Of a DNA stretch of 64,000 bases, positions 1-9,180 are shown piece by piece; the stretch's first letter is position 1, and each line of letters starts with the position of its first letter. Below the pieces are notes generated by a model, which ran no database searches, was not told where the DNA came from, and saw nothing but the letters and a program-made list of their open reading frames with translations. The position numbers and the translations under genes are program-made. This DNA is from Verrucomicrobiota bacterium (GTDB taxonomy: Bacteria > Verrucomicrobiota > Verrucomicrobiia > Limisphaerales > SIBE01), in NCBI GenBank assembly GCA_046346765.1, contig JAXMHN010000017.1, positions 5,437-69,436 on the forward strand, given 5' to 3'.

Positions 1-761
1 ATCGGGTAAACGTTCACTCGGCCGCCGGCGAAATAGGCCGTCGGGGGCAATTCGAACGTGCGGCGGCGCGAGTCGTAATGCAGCCCGATCAGGTGGTCCT
101 GGTCGTTTGGATCGTAAGCCGTGAATTCCAGCCCTCCTTCCGTGGCGCGCGCCGCGATCAGGAGCAATCCGTGGTTCAAAGCCAACGACGGGAAACTCAC
201 CAGGTGGACTGTCACCGGACGATGCGCGCTTAACATTCGGTCAAGCTGATGGGCGATTCGATCTTGCTGCCAGCGGGTAAAGGGGAAGATCATCCGCCAA
301 TTGCCTCGCTGGAGAAAGCTTTGCCATGCTCCGCCGCCCTCGCTCTTCAACAGCGCTTCATGATCGCGGCTGAATTCACGCAAGTGAGCGTAGCCCGGGA
401 TGACGATCTTATTCTCCTCCGCGGACACGCGTCGCGGGCTGCGCGCGAGGACGCGCCTGACGAGGTGTTGGTAGGTGGCGTGGTCTGCCTGCGGCTCCGC
501 CGGTTCGAACCGGGCATGATCGTAAAACTGTCGTGCCATGCGGATGACCACGAAACAATGCAAGGCGTAGGCCGGTCTGGGTACGCGCCGTTGTTGAGTT
601 CGTTCGCCGGAAGCGGGATCGAAGTGATAGTCCCAAAGCAGGTCGTTCCGATAGGCGAGGGTATCGGCCGGATAGTTAAAAAGTCGAGCCGCTGGGAGCT
701 CGGCCGCGCCACTGACAGCCGGCGCCGCCAGCAGCATTACAACGACGACTGCCCATATCAT
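1..761 (-). CDS. hypothetical secreted protein, C-terminus beyond window edge
   Basis: Own translation of the minus strand gives an uninterrupted frame from ATG at 759-761 to position 1. It is absent from the ORF track because no stop lies in the window. Signal-like N-terminus MIWAVVVVMLLAAPAVSGAAE. The protein-like composition is better than the listed +strand ORF 249..779. Confidence 0.55.
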   Translation of the reverse strand, partial: MIWAVVVVMLLAAPAVSGAAELPAARLFNYPADTLAYRNDLLWDYHFDPASGERTQQRRVPRPAYALHCFVVIRMARQFYDHARFEPAEPQADHATYQHLVRRVLARSPRRVSAEENKIVIPGYAHLREFSRDHEALLKSEGGGAWQSFLQRGNWRMIFPFTRWQQDRIAHQLDRMLSAHRPVTVHLVSFPSLALNHGLLLIAARATEGGLEFTAYDPNDQDHLIGLHYDSRRRTFELPPTAYFAGGRVNVYP

Positions 762-801
762 GCTTGCGCTGCAAGCTAGGGCCGGACTAGGAGAATGACA
801 A

Positions 802-2067
802 ATGCTTTACGCACGCTGGCAGCAAATCGCGTCCGCTCATCGGCAGGAGGTGGCCTTGGTCGACCTGGCCGCTGATCGCCGCTGGACCTTCCAGCAGTTG
901 CAGAACGAAGCGGAAAAGACGAACCGGGCCGGTGGCGCCGTGGCGTTCCCGCAAGGCCTGTCGACTGAGTTCATTGTGACGGTTTTGCAGGGCTGGAGAA
1001 GGGAGCAAGTGGTCTGCCCATTGGAAGAGGGGCAAGCGCCGTTCGTCCTCTCAGAGCTGCCGGCCGGATGCGTGCACCTCAAGAGCACGTCGGCCAGCAC
1101 GGGGCGGCGTCGCTTCGTTGCGTTTACCGGTGGACAGCTCGCCGCTGACGCGGACCAAATCGTGGCCACGATGGGATTGCGCCAGGACTGGCCGAATTTG
1201 GGAGTGATTTCGTTGGCGCATTCCTATGGGTTTTCCAACCTGGTGCTCCCGCTTCTCCTTCATGGCATCCCCTTGATCCTGGCCCGCTCCCCGTTGCCGG
1301 AAACTCTCCGCCAGGCTGCCACTCTCTTTGGTGCGATGACTGTGCCGGCGGTCCCAGCCCTATGGCGCGCGTGGTTCGAAGCTGACGCGATTGCCGGGAA
1401 CGTCAGCCTGGCCATTTCCGCGGGAGCCCCTTTGCCGATTGCGCTGGAAGCAGCGGTTTACGCTGAACGCGGCTTGAAGCTTCACAATTTCTACGGGGCA
1501 AGCGAATGCGGCGGGATTGCGTACGACCGCTCCGATCGGCCGCGAACGGATGGCACCTCGGTGGGATCCGCCATGACAGGGGTGGATCTCTCGGTCAACG
1601 CGGATGGGTGCCTCGAGATCTTTAGCCGGGCGGTGGGCCTGAGTTACTGGCCGGAGCCTACGCCCAGCCTCAGCCCGGGACGATACCAAACAAGCGATCT
1701 GGCCGAAGTGATCGATGGAATTGTCCACCTGCGCGGCCGACAGTCCGACCTGATCAACATCGCTGGACGGAAGGTACTGCCTGAGAGCATCGAACGAGCC
1801 TTGGCGACTCATCCACTCGTGGCCGACTGCTTGGTCTTTGGGGTGCCCAGCCCGGACTTGGATCGGGCCGAGATCGTGGTGGCGTGCGTGGCGGCGCGTT
1901 CCGAGACGTCACCCGAGGCGCTCAAACAGCACTTGCTGCAGCTGCTGCCGGCTTGGCAAATCCCGCGCGATTGGTGGTTTCTGCCTGGCCTCGTCGCGAA
2001 CGAGCGCGGCAAACTTTCCCGCCGCGAATGGCGGCAGAAGTACCTGGAGCGAGCTCAACCGGACTGA
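802..2067 (+). CDS. AMP-dependent synthetase/ligase (adenylate-forming enzyme, short form)
   Basis: 421-aa ORF with ATG start and AGGAG about 9 nt upstream. Adenylation core motifs: STSASTGRRRF, FYGASECGG, YQTSDLAEV, GRQSDLINIAGRKVLPESIERAL and C-terminal GKLSRREW. Confidence 0.85.
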   Translation: MLYARWQQIASAHRQEVALVDLAADRRWTFQQLQNEAEKTNRAGGAVAFPQGLSTEFIVTVLQGWRREQVVCPLEEGQAPFVLSELPAGCVHLKSTSASTGRRRFVAFTGGQLAADADQIVATMGLRQDWPNLGVISLAHSYGFSNLVLPLLLHGIPLILARSPLPETLRQAATLFGAMTVPAVPALWRAWFEADAIAGNVSLAISAGAPLPIALEAAVYAERGLKLHNFYGASECGGIAYDRSDRPRTDGTSVGSAMTGVDLSVNADGCLEIFSRAVGLSYWPEPTPSLSPGRYQTSDLAEVIDGIVHLRGRQSDLINIAGRKVLPESIERALATHPLVADCLVFGVPSPDLDRAEIVVACVAARSETSPEALKQHLLQLLPAWQIPRDWWFLPGLVANERGKLSRREWRQKYLERAQPD

Positions 2068-2095
2068 GGCCCCGGGTTTGGAGAGAACGTGAGCC

Positions 2096-2887
2096 CTATT
2101 TGCCAGGGCGCTTGGCCGGGGCTTGCCACTTCTTATGCCAGGTGAGGTTCCAGAGGTTCTCGAGCTTAACGCTCTCGGCGTGGTTGTCAGCAAAGCCGAC
2201 GTTGACTGCGCCGGGTAAGTTGTCCTTTGGATTGAAGTTGTTGACCGCGGCGCGGAGGCTGGCCGAATGGCGCGGGATGGCAATGCGGGAAATGCCGCCC
2301 CCTTGGTATTTATCTCCCGTGAGCAAATCACGCGCGGGGCGGTCAGCTTCCAGCGGCCAGGCATCGACCCAGATGGCATCGGCGAAGAAGGGCGTTCGCA
2401 CCGGTTCCAGCACGTCGGATTCGGAACGGAAGCGCAGGTCCTTTTGGGCATAAGGATCGTCATCGTAGAGGTAGCCATTCAGGGCGTAACTTCCCTGGAA
2501 ATAGTTCGTGCCCCCATTGTCCACCAGCCAGCTGCGGTTGACCGTTCCCCAGGTTTCGCCGCGATTCTTCTTAAGTTGAGCCGCTGACCTTTCCTGGCCA
2601 GTTGGGCAGTAACGGACTTCGTTGATGGCGGAGTACCGGACCATCAGTTTGCGCATCCACAGATCCGGCCAATTGTCGTAGTGGACCGGCTTGCCTTCGT
2701 CGCTGAAGTACATCCAATTGGCCATGCCGATCTGTTTCAGATTGCTGACGCACTTGATCGAATGAGCCTTGGATTTGGCTTTGGCCAGCGCGGGCAACAG
2801 CATGCCCGCAAGGATGGCGATGATGGCGATGACGACCAATAGCTCAATCAAAGTGAAGCCGGCTCCGAGGATGCGCGAGCGTTTCAT
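2096..2887 (-). CDS. prepilin-type N-terminal cleavage/methylation domain protein (DUF1559 / H-X9-DG type)
   Basis: Internal ATG at 2885-2887 gives [41 protein letters not shown], the classic type IV pilin-like leader. C-terminal FADNHAESV motif. The upstream part of the 364-aa ORF is not protein-like. Confidence 0.85.
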   Translation of the reverse strand: MKRSRILGAGFTLIELLVVIAIIAILAGMLLPALAKAKSKAHSIKCVSNLKQIGMANWMYFSDEGKPVHYDNWPDLWMRKLMVRYSAINEVRYCPTGQERSAAQLKKNRGETWGTVNRSWLVDNGGTNYFQGSYALNGYLYDDDPYAQKDLRFRSESDVLEPVRTPFFADAIWVDAWPLEADRPARDLLTGDKYQGGGISRIAIPRHSASLRAAVNNFNPKDNLPGAVNVGFADNHAESVKLENLWNLTWHKKWQAPAKRPGK

Positions 2888-3140
2888 GAAAAAACAAAAG
2901 TTGGTTGTTGGGAAACTAGCTGTAAGGTTGCTGGCTTCGATTCGCCAGTCAAGCGGCGAATGCGCGGGCGCCGACTGACGCCAGGCTGACTCCGGATTCC
3001 AGGGCCCTTTGACGCTGATTGTGTTTCGCCGGTGGTTTGTGGCGCCAGCTCGGGCAATCTTGACACGATCCCGTCGAGGTTCACCATCTTTCCATGCGAA
3101 CGATCCTGGGGTTCGATCTGCACTCGGGGCGAGGCATTGG

Positions 3141-5486
3141 ATGAGACCAGCCACCGAGAGTGTCCCCCTCCACCAGGTTGGTCTGGCCACGATCGTGGCT
3201 CTGGCGGCTGCTTTGGTTTCGAGCGGCTGCGTTCCGGCGGCATCGGGACAGGAGCCGTCGCTTCAAATTCCCGCCCTCCGGTGGCACGAGCGGTCTGATT
3301 GGATCAATGTTCAAACAGATATCCCTGTCGCGGGCCTCGGTGACGGCCAGACGGATTATAAGGCCGCCCATAAAGGCGCCTTCGATCATGTTTCCGATGG
3401 TGCTATCCTTTACTTTCCACCCGGAACTTATCGAATCACGGCGGGCTTGCGGCTCAAAAACCCCAGGGCGGACCGCTGGATCGGCGGACTAGTGGTCGGG
3501 AGTGGGCGGGAGACCAAACTGCTCTGGGATGGGGGGGCCGGCGGGACGATGCTCTCGTTGGACGGCATGGCCTATACCAGATTCGTCGGCTTCGAGCTGG
3601 ATGGCCGCGGCCAAGCCAGTGTCGGCTTTCACTATCAAGCCCGCGCTTTTCAGACCGAAGTCAGCCACCAGCACCTGGCCTTCCGCGGCTTCACCAGTGC
3701 TGGCATCCTCGAAGATCACAGCGATAAAGGACAAGCCCTGGCCGAAACCGCATTCGACAACTGCCTCTTCGAAGACTGCGCTCGCGGCGTCGCCTTTCTT
3801 CAGTTCAACGACTACGACTATACCTTCGACGGATGCGAGTTTCGGAATTGCGGCGTCGCCCTCGATTGCGATCACGGTAACTTCTACGTCCGCAACTGTC
3901 ATTTTGAGGGCAGCAAAATAGTCGACATCCGCGACGGCTCCGAGCATTGCAGCTCGGTCCGACGTTCGACTTCAGTCGGTTCGCAAGCCTTCATTTGGAG
4001 GAAATCGTCTGTTGCGCCCCTCACCATCCAGGATTGCCAGGTAGAGAACTGGAAAAATCCCGCAGGGGCCATTTACCTTTCGCGTCCTCCCGCGCTTGTC
4101 TTCGATTGCGTCTTCAAACCGGGCTTGGACTCGGCTGGGCAGCCGCCGATCCGCCTCGCGGACGACGGGCAACTCCTGCTGGTCTCCAATCATCAGATCG
4201 ACGGTCGAGCGGCGCTCACCCAAGGAGCACGGCCCAGGCTGGTCAACATCCCGCGAGGTGAACGTCGCGGAGTGGTCCGCTCGGCGAACCAGCGCTTTTT
4301 GACTTCGGAAGCTCGCATGCCCGGGCGGGTGTTCGACGCGCGGCGGGATTTCGGAGCGGCGGGCGACGGCGTGGCGGATGACACCCGGGCGATTCAGCGG
4401 AGTATCGAAGCGGCGGCGGGCGCAGCGGGCAATGCGATCGCCTATTTGCCAAGCGGCCGCTACGTCATTCGGGAGACGCTGCGCCTAACCGGCAAGGAGT
4501 TCACCGTAGGCGGAAGTGGTTGGTGCACACAGTTGATTTGGAAAGGCACGGAAGGGGGCGTCATGGTGGAGGTGCGGGATGCGGACCGGGTTGTTCTCGA
4601 GAACCTGATGGTTGGGGCGCACGATGCCGGTCCGATGAACAACGGCATTGATATTCATCAGCTCGGGTCTGGCGGTGCCTCGCATGTGACCTACGATGGC
4701 GTTTATGTTTTTGGGATGTACCAGAAAGCGCCCCTGCGCCAAGGGCTCCGTTTCACGAATCTCGGACCGAGCGACACGGTGGTGTTGCCGCATGTGCAGG
4801 GGAATCTCCGCTTCGTCAATTGCGGACGGGCGACCGTCCTGGCGAATTGCAGTTATGAGGGTTCCGTCGTCGTGGAGGGCAAAGCGAAAATCCGTGACGG
4901 CTTTCTGGGATTCCAGACGCGCCTGGCAACGGTTGTGACCCACGGACTGTACCTCCGCGACAATCACAACATCGTCATGAGCGACTTCTACGTCGAACAA
5001 GCGGACAACGGCTACTTCTTTGAAGGCGAGCTCGAAGATCCCCCCGGCCGCGCAACTCTCACCGGGGCGAAGTTCCAGTCTTTCACCTCGCCAGACCCGG
5101 GAAAAAACACTGTCCTGGATATCCGCAACTATGGCGGCCAAATCTCGATTGGCCCCTACCAGTTTTACCAGGAACCCAAACGCATGCGCATGAAACAGCA
5201 GGGCCCTGCTCCCGTCGAGTTGCTTGTGTGGGGCTCCAGCTGGTACGGGGCCAAACCCGATCTGCAACTCGGCCCGGCGGCCAAACTGTCAGCGGCTGGC
5301 AACGCTTTCTGCGGCACGGCCCCAGCTGTCAATCCGGTGGCGGAGCGCCTCTTCTTTGAGGAGGAGCCATCCGCGGCAGCCGTTCTCCAAATCAGCCGCG
5401 CCTTGGACGACCTGCGCCGCTTGGGAGAGACAGACCTGCGCCTCAATCATCCGCTGTTTTCGAAGGGAACCTCCGCTCCGGAATAG
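3141..5486 (+). CDS. lipoprotein with two pectate-lyase-superfamily (right-handed beta-helix) domains
   Basis: ATG at 3141 gives a signal peptide plus lipobox (ALVSSGC). The Pectate_lyase_3-type N-terminal signature occurs twice: [20 protein letters not shown] and [40 protein letters not shown]. Confidence 0.75.
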   Translation: MRPATESVPLHQVGLATIVALAAALVSSGCVPAASGQEPSLQIPALRWHERSDWINVQTDIPVAGLGDGQTDYKAAHKGAFDHVSDGAILYFPPGTYRITAGLRLKNPRADRWIGGLVVGSGRETKLLWDGGAGGTMLSLDGMAYTRFVGFELDGRGQASVGFHYQARAFQTEVSHQHLAFRGFTSAGILEDHSDKGQALAETAFDNCLFEDCARGVAFLQFNDYDYTFDGCEFRNCGVALDCDHGNFYVRNCHFEGSKIVDIRDGSEHCSSVRRSTSVGSQAFIWRKSSVAPLTIQDCQVENWKNPAGAIYLSRPPALVFDCVFKPGLDSAGQPPIRLADDGQLLLVSNHQIDGRAALTQGARPRLVNIPRGERRGVVRSANQRFLTSEARMPGRVFDARRDFGAAGDGVADDTRAIQRSIEAAAGAAGNAIAYLPSGRYVIRETLRLTGKEFTVGGSGWCTQLIWKGTEGGVMVEVRDADRVVLENLMVGAHDAGPMNNGIDIHQLGSGGASHVTYDGVYVFGMYQKAPLRQGLRFTNLGPSDTVVLPHVQGNLRFVNCGRATVLANCSYEGSVVVEGKAKIRDGFLGFQTRLATVVTHGLYLRDNHNIVMSDFYVEQADNGYFFEGELEDPPGRATLTGAKFQSFTSPDPGKNTVLDIRNYGGQISIGPYQFYQEPKRMRMKQQGPAPVELLVWGSSWYGAKPDLQLGPAAKLSAAGNAFCGTAPAVNPVAERLFFEEEPSAAAVLQISRALDDLRRLGETDLRLNHPLFSKGTSAPE

Positions 5487-5539
5487 TCATCAAAGAATAC
5501 CGCCGTCGATTGAATGCACGACGCCGACCGGTCCGCCGC

Positions 5540-6874
5540 CTACTTTCCGACGAGCTTCAATTGTTCCAACAGCTTCTGTTTCAATGCTTCGGGCGGATGA
5601 AGCTCGAGCGCGTGATTCAGTTCGGCAGTCGCCGCTGCATCCTTCCCGTCCGCTCGCAAGACGACAGCCAGGCCGAGATAAGCTTCTGCAAAGGTCGGTC
5701 GAAGGCGGATAGCTTCGCGAAAGGCGGCGGTCGATTCCGCCCGATTCTCGCTTCCCAAGGCCAAGCCGAGGTTAAACCATCCTTCGGGGAGATTCGGTTT
5801 GGCTTCGATGGCCCTTCTAAATGAGCGCTGCGCGTCGGCGGGGCGGCCGCGAGCCAGTTGGACGACCCCCAACTGCACGAGCGCTTCAACCGATCCAGGG
5901 GCCAATTCCGCTGCCTTTGCCAACGCCTCTTCCGCCCCGGGCAGATCGTTCAACCGAAAGCGCGCCCTGCCGAGAAAGAACAAGGCCCGATCCGACTTCG
6001 GGTAGGTCCGGATGATCCGGTCCAATCGTTCCACGGCGGCATTCCATTGGCCCGCTTTCAATAAGGCGTCCGCCTCATCCAGCCACGCATCCAGTCCCGT
6101 CTTGAACTCCTGCACCTCGGCAAGATACGGATCTGGCAGCGGAAGGTCGTTGGGCATTCCGGCGAGAGCTTCGGCCAGTTGCGCCGCCTCATTGGTCCGT
6201 CCCAACCGCTGCGAGACCGTCAGCAACAACCGGTGCGCAGCCTTCCGGGTGCACGGGTCTGCTTTTGCTGCGGCGAGAAGATCAGCGGCTTCCTTAAACT
6301 GCCCCCGACTTGCGGCCAGCTTGCCCAAGCCCAGCCGCGCCAGGCTTGAACCAGGTTCGCGGTCGAGCACCTCGCGATAAAGCGCCTCCGCCTCGGGCAT
6401 TCGACCCGCGCTAAGCAGTGTATTCGCCAGCTTCAGCCGTGGGATAGTTACGGCGGACGGAAACAACGGAAGAGCGCGCCCGAGGTTGGTCACAGCGGCG
6501 TCGGTCTTCTCGGGTAGTTCGGCCAAAGCCAGGAGATACGGCCACCGGGCTTCTTTGGGATCGAGTGCGGCGGCTTGGGCGAAGCACTCTGAGGCCGGCG
6601 CTCGAACATCGTGAGCCAGGAGGACCATGCCAAGACGGCTGCGGGCGGAGGCTGACTTGGGCTCCTTCACCGCTGCCGCGCGCGCTTCCGCGATGGCGCT
6701 GGCAATCACCGGATCGAAGCCATTGGTCTGCACCAGCGGCACCGGCAGTGGCTTCCCTGTGGGGAAGCCATGCCGCGCGATCAACGCCAGCGCGACGGCG
6801 GCAAGCAGGATGGGGCCGAGTGTCCAGCCCAACCGCATCGGTCTGGCCAAAAGCGATCTGAAAATAGCGCGCAT
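5540..6874 (-). CDS. tetratricopeptide (TPR) repeat protein with N-terminal membrane anchor
   Basis: 463-aa ORF. Repeated A/L/Y-rich 34-residue units (e.g. AEAYLGLAVVLRADGKDAAATAELNHALELHP). ATG at 6874 (or 6931) precedes the hydrophobic segment LGWTLGPILLAAVALALIA. Confidence 0.75.
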   Translation of the reverse strand: MRAIFRSLLARPMRLGWTLGPILLAAVALALIARHGFPTGKPLPVPLVQTNGFDPVIASAIAEARAAAVKEPKSASARSRLGMVLLAHDVRAPASECFAQAAALDPKEARWPYLLALAELPEKTDAAVTNLGRALPLFPSAVTIPRLKLANTLLSAGRMPEAEALYREVLDREPGSSLARLGLGKLAASRGQFKEAADLLAAAKADPCTRKAAHRLLLTVSQRLGRTNEAAQLAEALAGMPNDLPLPDPYLAEVQEFKTGLDAWLDEADALLKAGQWNAAVERLDRIIRTYPKSDRALFFLGRARFRLNDLPGAEEALAKAAELAPGSVEALVQLGVVQLARGRPADAQRSFRRAIEAKPNLPEGWFNLGLALGSENRAESTAAFREAIRLRPTFAEAYLGLAVVLRADGKDAAATAELNHALELHPPEALKQKLLEQLKLVGK

Positions 6875-6979
6875 GCTCGTTTTTTCTTCGCAGGCGACCA
6901 ACCCGCGCCGCTCCGGCCGGCGAAGCTTCATTCGGGGCGTCAGCCGCCCGCGGCAGCGAGCGATGGCTGCGCCGCGCCG

Positions 6980-8791
6980 TTAGGGTGGTGGCGAAGTTGC
7001 CAACGGATGACCCGTGCCTTTCACCAGTTTGACGATCTGATCGGCGGCCGTGCCGGAGAATCGTTCCTGGGTTCCGTCCGGCCAGACAACATCGATTTGC
7101 TCCACTTGCCTATCCTGACTCAAGCCAAAATGCACCCGGGGATCATTGGAACTTAGATAGCTCTGGGAAGGATTGACCCATCCGGCGATACGCCTCCCCT
7201 GCAGTTGGATGGTAACCTCAGCCCCATACGAATCCCGACTGCCACGGGTGGAATCTTCGAGCGCGCGAACGATCAGCCAATGACCCCGCGGCGCGACGTT
7301 GCGATAAACGCGGGCGGAGGCCGCAATGTGAGACACGACCACGTCCTCACCCCCGTCGTTGTCCAGATCGCCCACCGCCAGACCACGGGCGATCGCAGCT
7401 GTCCCAGTGAACGGGAGATTAGCGGCGGAAATATCCCGGAACTCGCCTTTGCCATTGTTGGCAAACACCTGGCTGCGCTGCTCGTATCCGTCCCAAAACG
7501 GGTCGGGGTTGGCTTTGCCGCACGGCGCGGGGGGGATGGCGACTCGCTTGATGCCTCCATTGACGACGAGCCAGTCCGGCCTGCCATCGTTATTCAGATC
7601 GGAGAGGACCGATCCGAACCCCGTGCCTCGCCAAGCGGAGTCAGCGACTCGCGCGCGGGTGGTGGAGTCTTGAAAATAGCCGCGCGGCCCCTGCTTCCAG
7701 AGGGTGTGCTTTTCGGTGCTGAGATGGCTGACGAGCACGTCAAAGAGTCCATCCCCATCCGTATCTCCGAACGCCAATCCCATGTTCGCTTGCACGGCAC
7801 CCATCTCGTTATAGGCGATTCCGCGCAATGCTGCTTCCTCCGTGAAAGTGCCATTATGTTGATTGATCAAGAGCCAGTTCACGGACCCGTCATTGCCAAC
7901 CAGCACGTCGGCCCAGCCGTCCCCATTCACATCCGCGCATATGACGCCCAACCCGGGGCCAGCCAGCTTGGCCAGGCCGGCTTTGGTCGTCACATCCTCA
8001 AATCTAATGTTTCCGCCCGCCCCGCCGAGATTATGAAACAGCCTCGGCACGATGCCGGAGAAGCCGGACGGCCCGCAGTATTCCTGCTTGCCTTGCGCCG
8101 TGGTACATTTCATGGACGGCGAGTATTGCAGATAATTGGCGACGACCAGATCCAACCAACCGTCTCGGTCGTAGTCAAAGAAGGCCGCCGACATCCCCCA
8201 GGATGGGTTGTCCAGCCCGGCTTCGCGCGTGATCTCGCGAAAGTGCCCGCCACCCTCGTTGTGCAGAAGATGAATGCAATCGTATTCCGTAATGAAGACG
8301 TCGGGCCGGCCGTCGTTATCCACATCGCCGATGGCCACGCCCATGCCCCGGCCCGGAAGATCTAGTCCGCTTCCGTTGCTCGTGTTCCGGAAACGGCCGT
8401 CTATTTCTTGATGGAACAACTGGTGCCTGGCAGCGGAATTCGTCCCGCCGTTTTGCAGCAGGAGCAGATCCATCCTGCCGTCCTGGTCATAGTCGAAGAT
8501 CGCCACTCCAGAACCCAATGATTCCGGCATGAAATAAGTGCCCACTGGCCCGACGTCGTGGACGAAATCCACTCCCAGTTTATCGGTCGCGTCCTCCAAC
8601 CAGACTGGTTCGCTTGGCTGCGCCGGTTGGACAACTTGGGCTCCAGCGGGGCGCTCAGGCTTCTGGCAGCCGACGCCGCCAATGGTCATCCCGAAGGCCA
8701 TCGCGACGAGCAACACTTGGCAGCTTCTGAATAACAGGGCAGCTCGAACGGAAGGAAGGCAGGATCCGTGGAGGTCTGGATTTCTGGACAT
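6980..8791 (-). CDS. CRTAC1-family FG-GAP/VCBS repeat protein with ASPIC/UnbV C-terminal domain
   Basis: Seven FG-GAP-like Ca-binding repeats (FDYDQDGRMDLLL, GDVDNDGRPDVFI, FDYDRDGWLDLVV, ADVNGDGWADVLV, GDTDGDGLFDVLV, LNNDGRPDWLV, GDLDNDGGEDVVV) followed by a ..YLSSNDPRVHFGL.. UnbV-type tail. The listed start 8833 is TTG. ATG at 8791 precedes the lipobox-like IGGVGC. Confidence 0.85.
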   Translation of the reverse strand: MSRNPDLHGSCLPSVRAALLFRSCQVLLVAMAFGMTIGGVGCQKPERPAGAQVVQPAQPSEPVWLEDATDKLGVDFVHDVGPVGTYFMPESLGSGVAIFDYDQDGRMDLLLLQNGGTNSAARHQLFHQEIDGRFRNTSNGSGLDLPGRGMGVAIGDVDNDGRPDVFITEYDCIHLLHNEGGGHFREITREAGLDNPSWGMSAAFFDYDRDGWLDLVVANYLQYSPSMKCTTAQGKQEYCGPSGFSGIVPRLFHNLGGAGGNIRFEDVTTKAGLAKLAGPGLGVICADVNGDGWADVLVGNDGSVNWLLINQHNGTFTEEAALRGIAYNEMGAVQANMGLAFGDTDGDGLFDVLVSHLSTEKHTLWKQGPRGYFQDSTTRARVADSAWRGTGFGSVLSDLNNDGRPDWLVVNGGIKRVAIPPAPCGKANPDPFWDGYEQRSQVFANNGKGEFRDISAANLPFTGTAAIARGLAVGDLDNDGGEDVVVSHIAASARVYRNVAPRGHWLIVRALEDSTRGSRDSYGAEVTIQLQGRRIAGWVNPSQSYLSSNDPRVHFGLSQDRQVEQIDVVWPDGTQERFSGTAADQIVKLVKGTGHPLATSPPP

Positions 8792-9087
8792 CACGATATC
8801 CGGTAACAGCTGAGTCGGTGGCTTCCTCCGCAAGCAAAACAGACCATGCTTGTGAAGTCAAACTGCCGCTGAGGGCCGGCGCGAAGGTCAAGGGCTGGTT
8901 CGAATGATTCAGGCGGACGCGGAGGTCGGAGAGGATTTCCCGCTCGCAGGCACACTTCGTGCCAATTCTGGGCGCTGTTTCCCCGAGTCTACTGCCTTTG
9001 TGGAGGGAGCTTTGTCCTGTTCTTGGAGGGTACTGTCCGGGAATGAATCACTTTCCGCTCTTTTTAGGCCTGTTTCGACGTTTTGGA

Positions 9088-9105
9088 CTTCCACAATTGT
9101 GGAAG
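9088..9105. promoter_or_regulatory. perfect 18-bp palindrome CTTCCACAATTGTGGAAG upstream of the CRTAC1-like gene
   Basis: Read directly from the sequence. It lies between the adhesin terminator and the CRTAC1-like gene start (intergenic 8792-9180). Confidence 0.25.
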
Positions 9106-9121
9106 GGGCATCGGCCGGCCT

Positions 9122-9153
9122 GAAAGAAAAAGGCCGGGCGTGGAGCCCGGCCT
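9122..9153 (-). terminator. putative intrinsic terminator of the adhesin gene
   Basis: On the minus strand, a 9-bp GC stem (AGGCCGGGC/GCCCGGCCT) with a 5-nt loop, followed by TTTTTCTTTC. It begins about 28 nt after the stop at 9181-9183. Confidence 0.55.
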
Positions 9154-9180
9154 TCTTGTTACTGGCTGAATGTTAGTCTC

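Noticed and set aside
249-779. Listed +strand ORF of 176 aa
   Set aside because: Its composition is Arg/Ala/Gly-rich and not protein-like. The opposite strand carries a longer, uninterrupted, signal-peptide-bearing frame (1..761) that explains the region better.
8834-9180. Possible tRNA or small RNA genes in the larger intergenic regions (8834-9180, 15017-15310, 17743-18019, 48427-48860, 52636-52855, 63240-63384)
   Set aside because: I could not find cloverleaf-compatible arms, a T-loop GTTCRANYC-type motif, or any rRNA-like sequence. Only hairpins and palindromes were seen, and these are reported separately.
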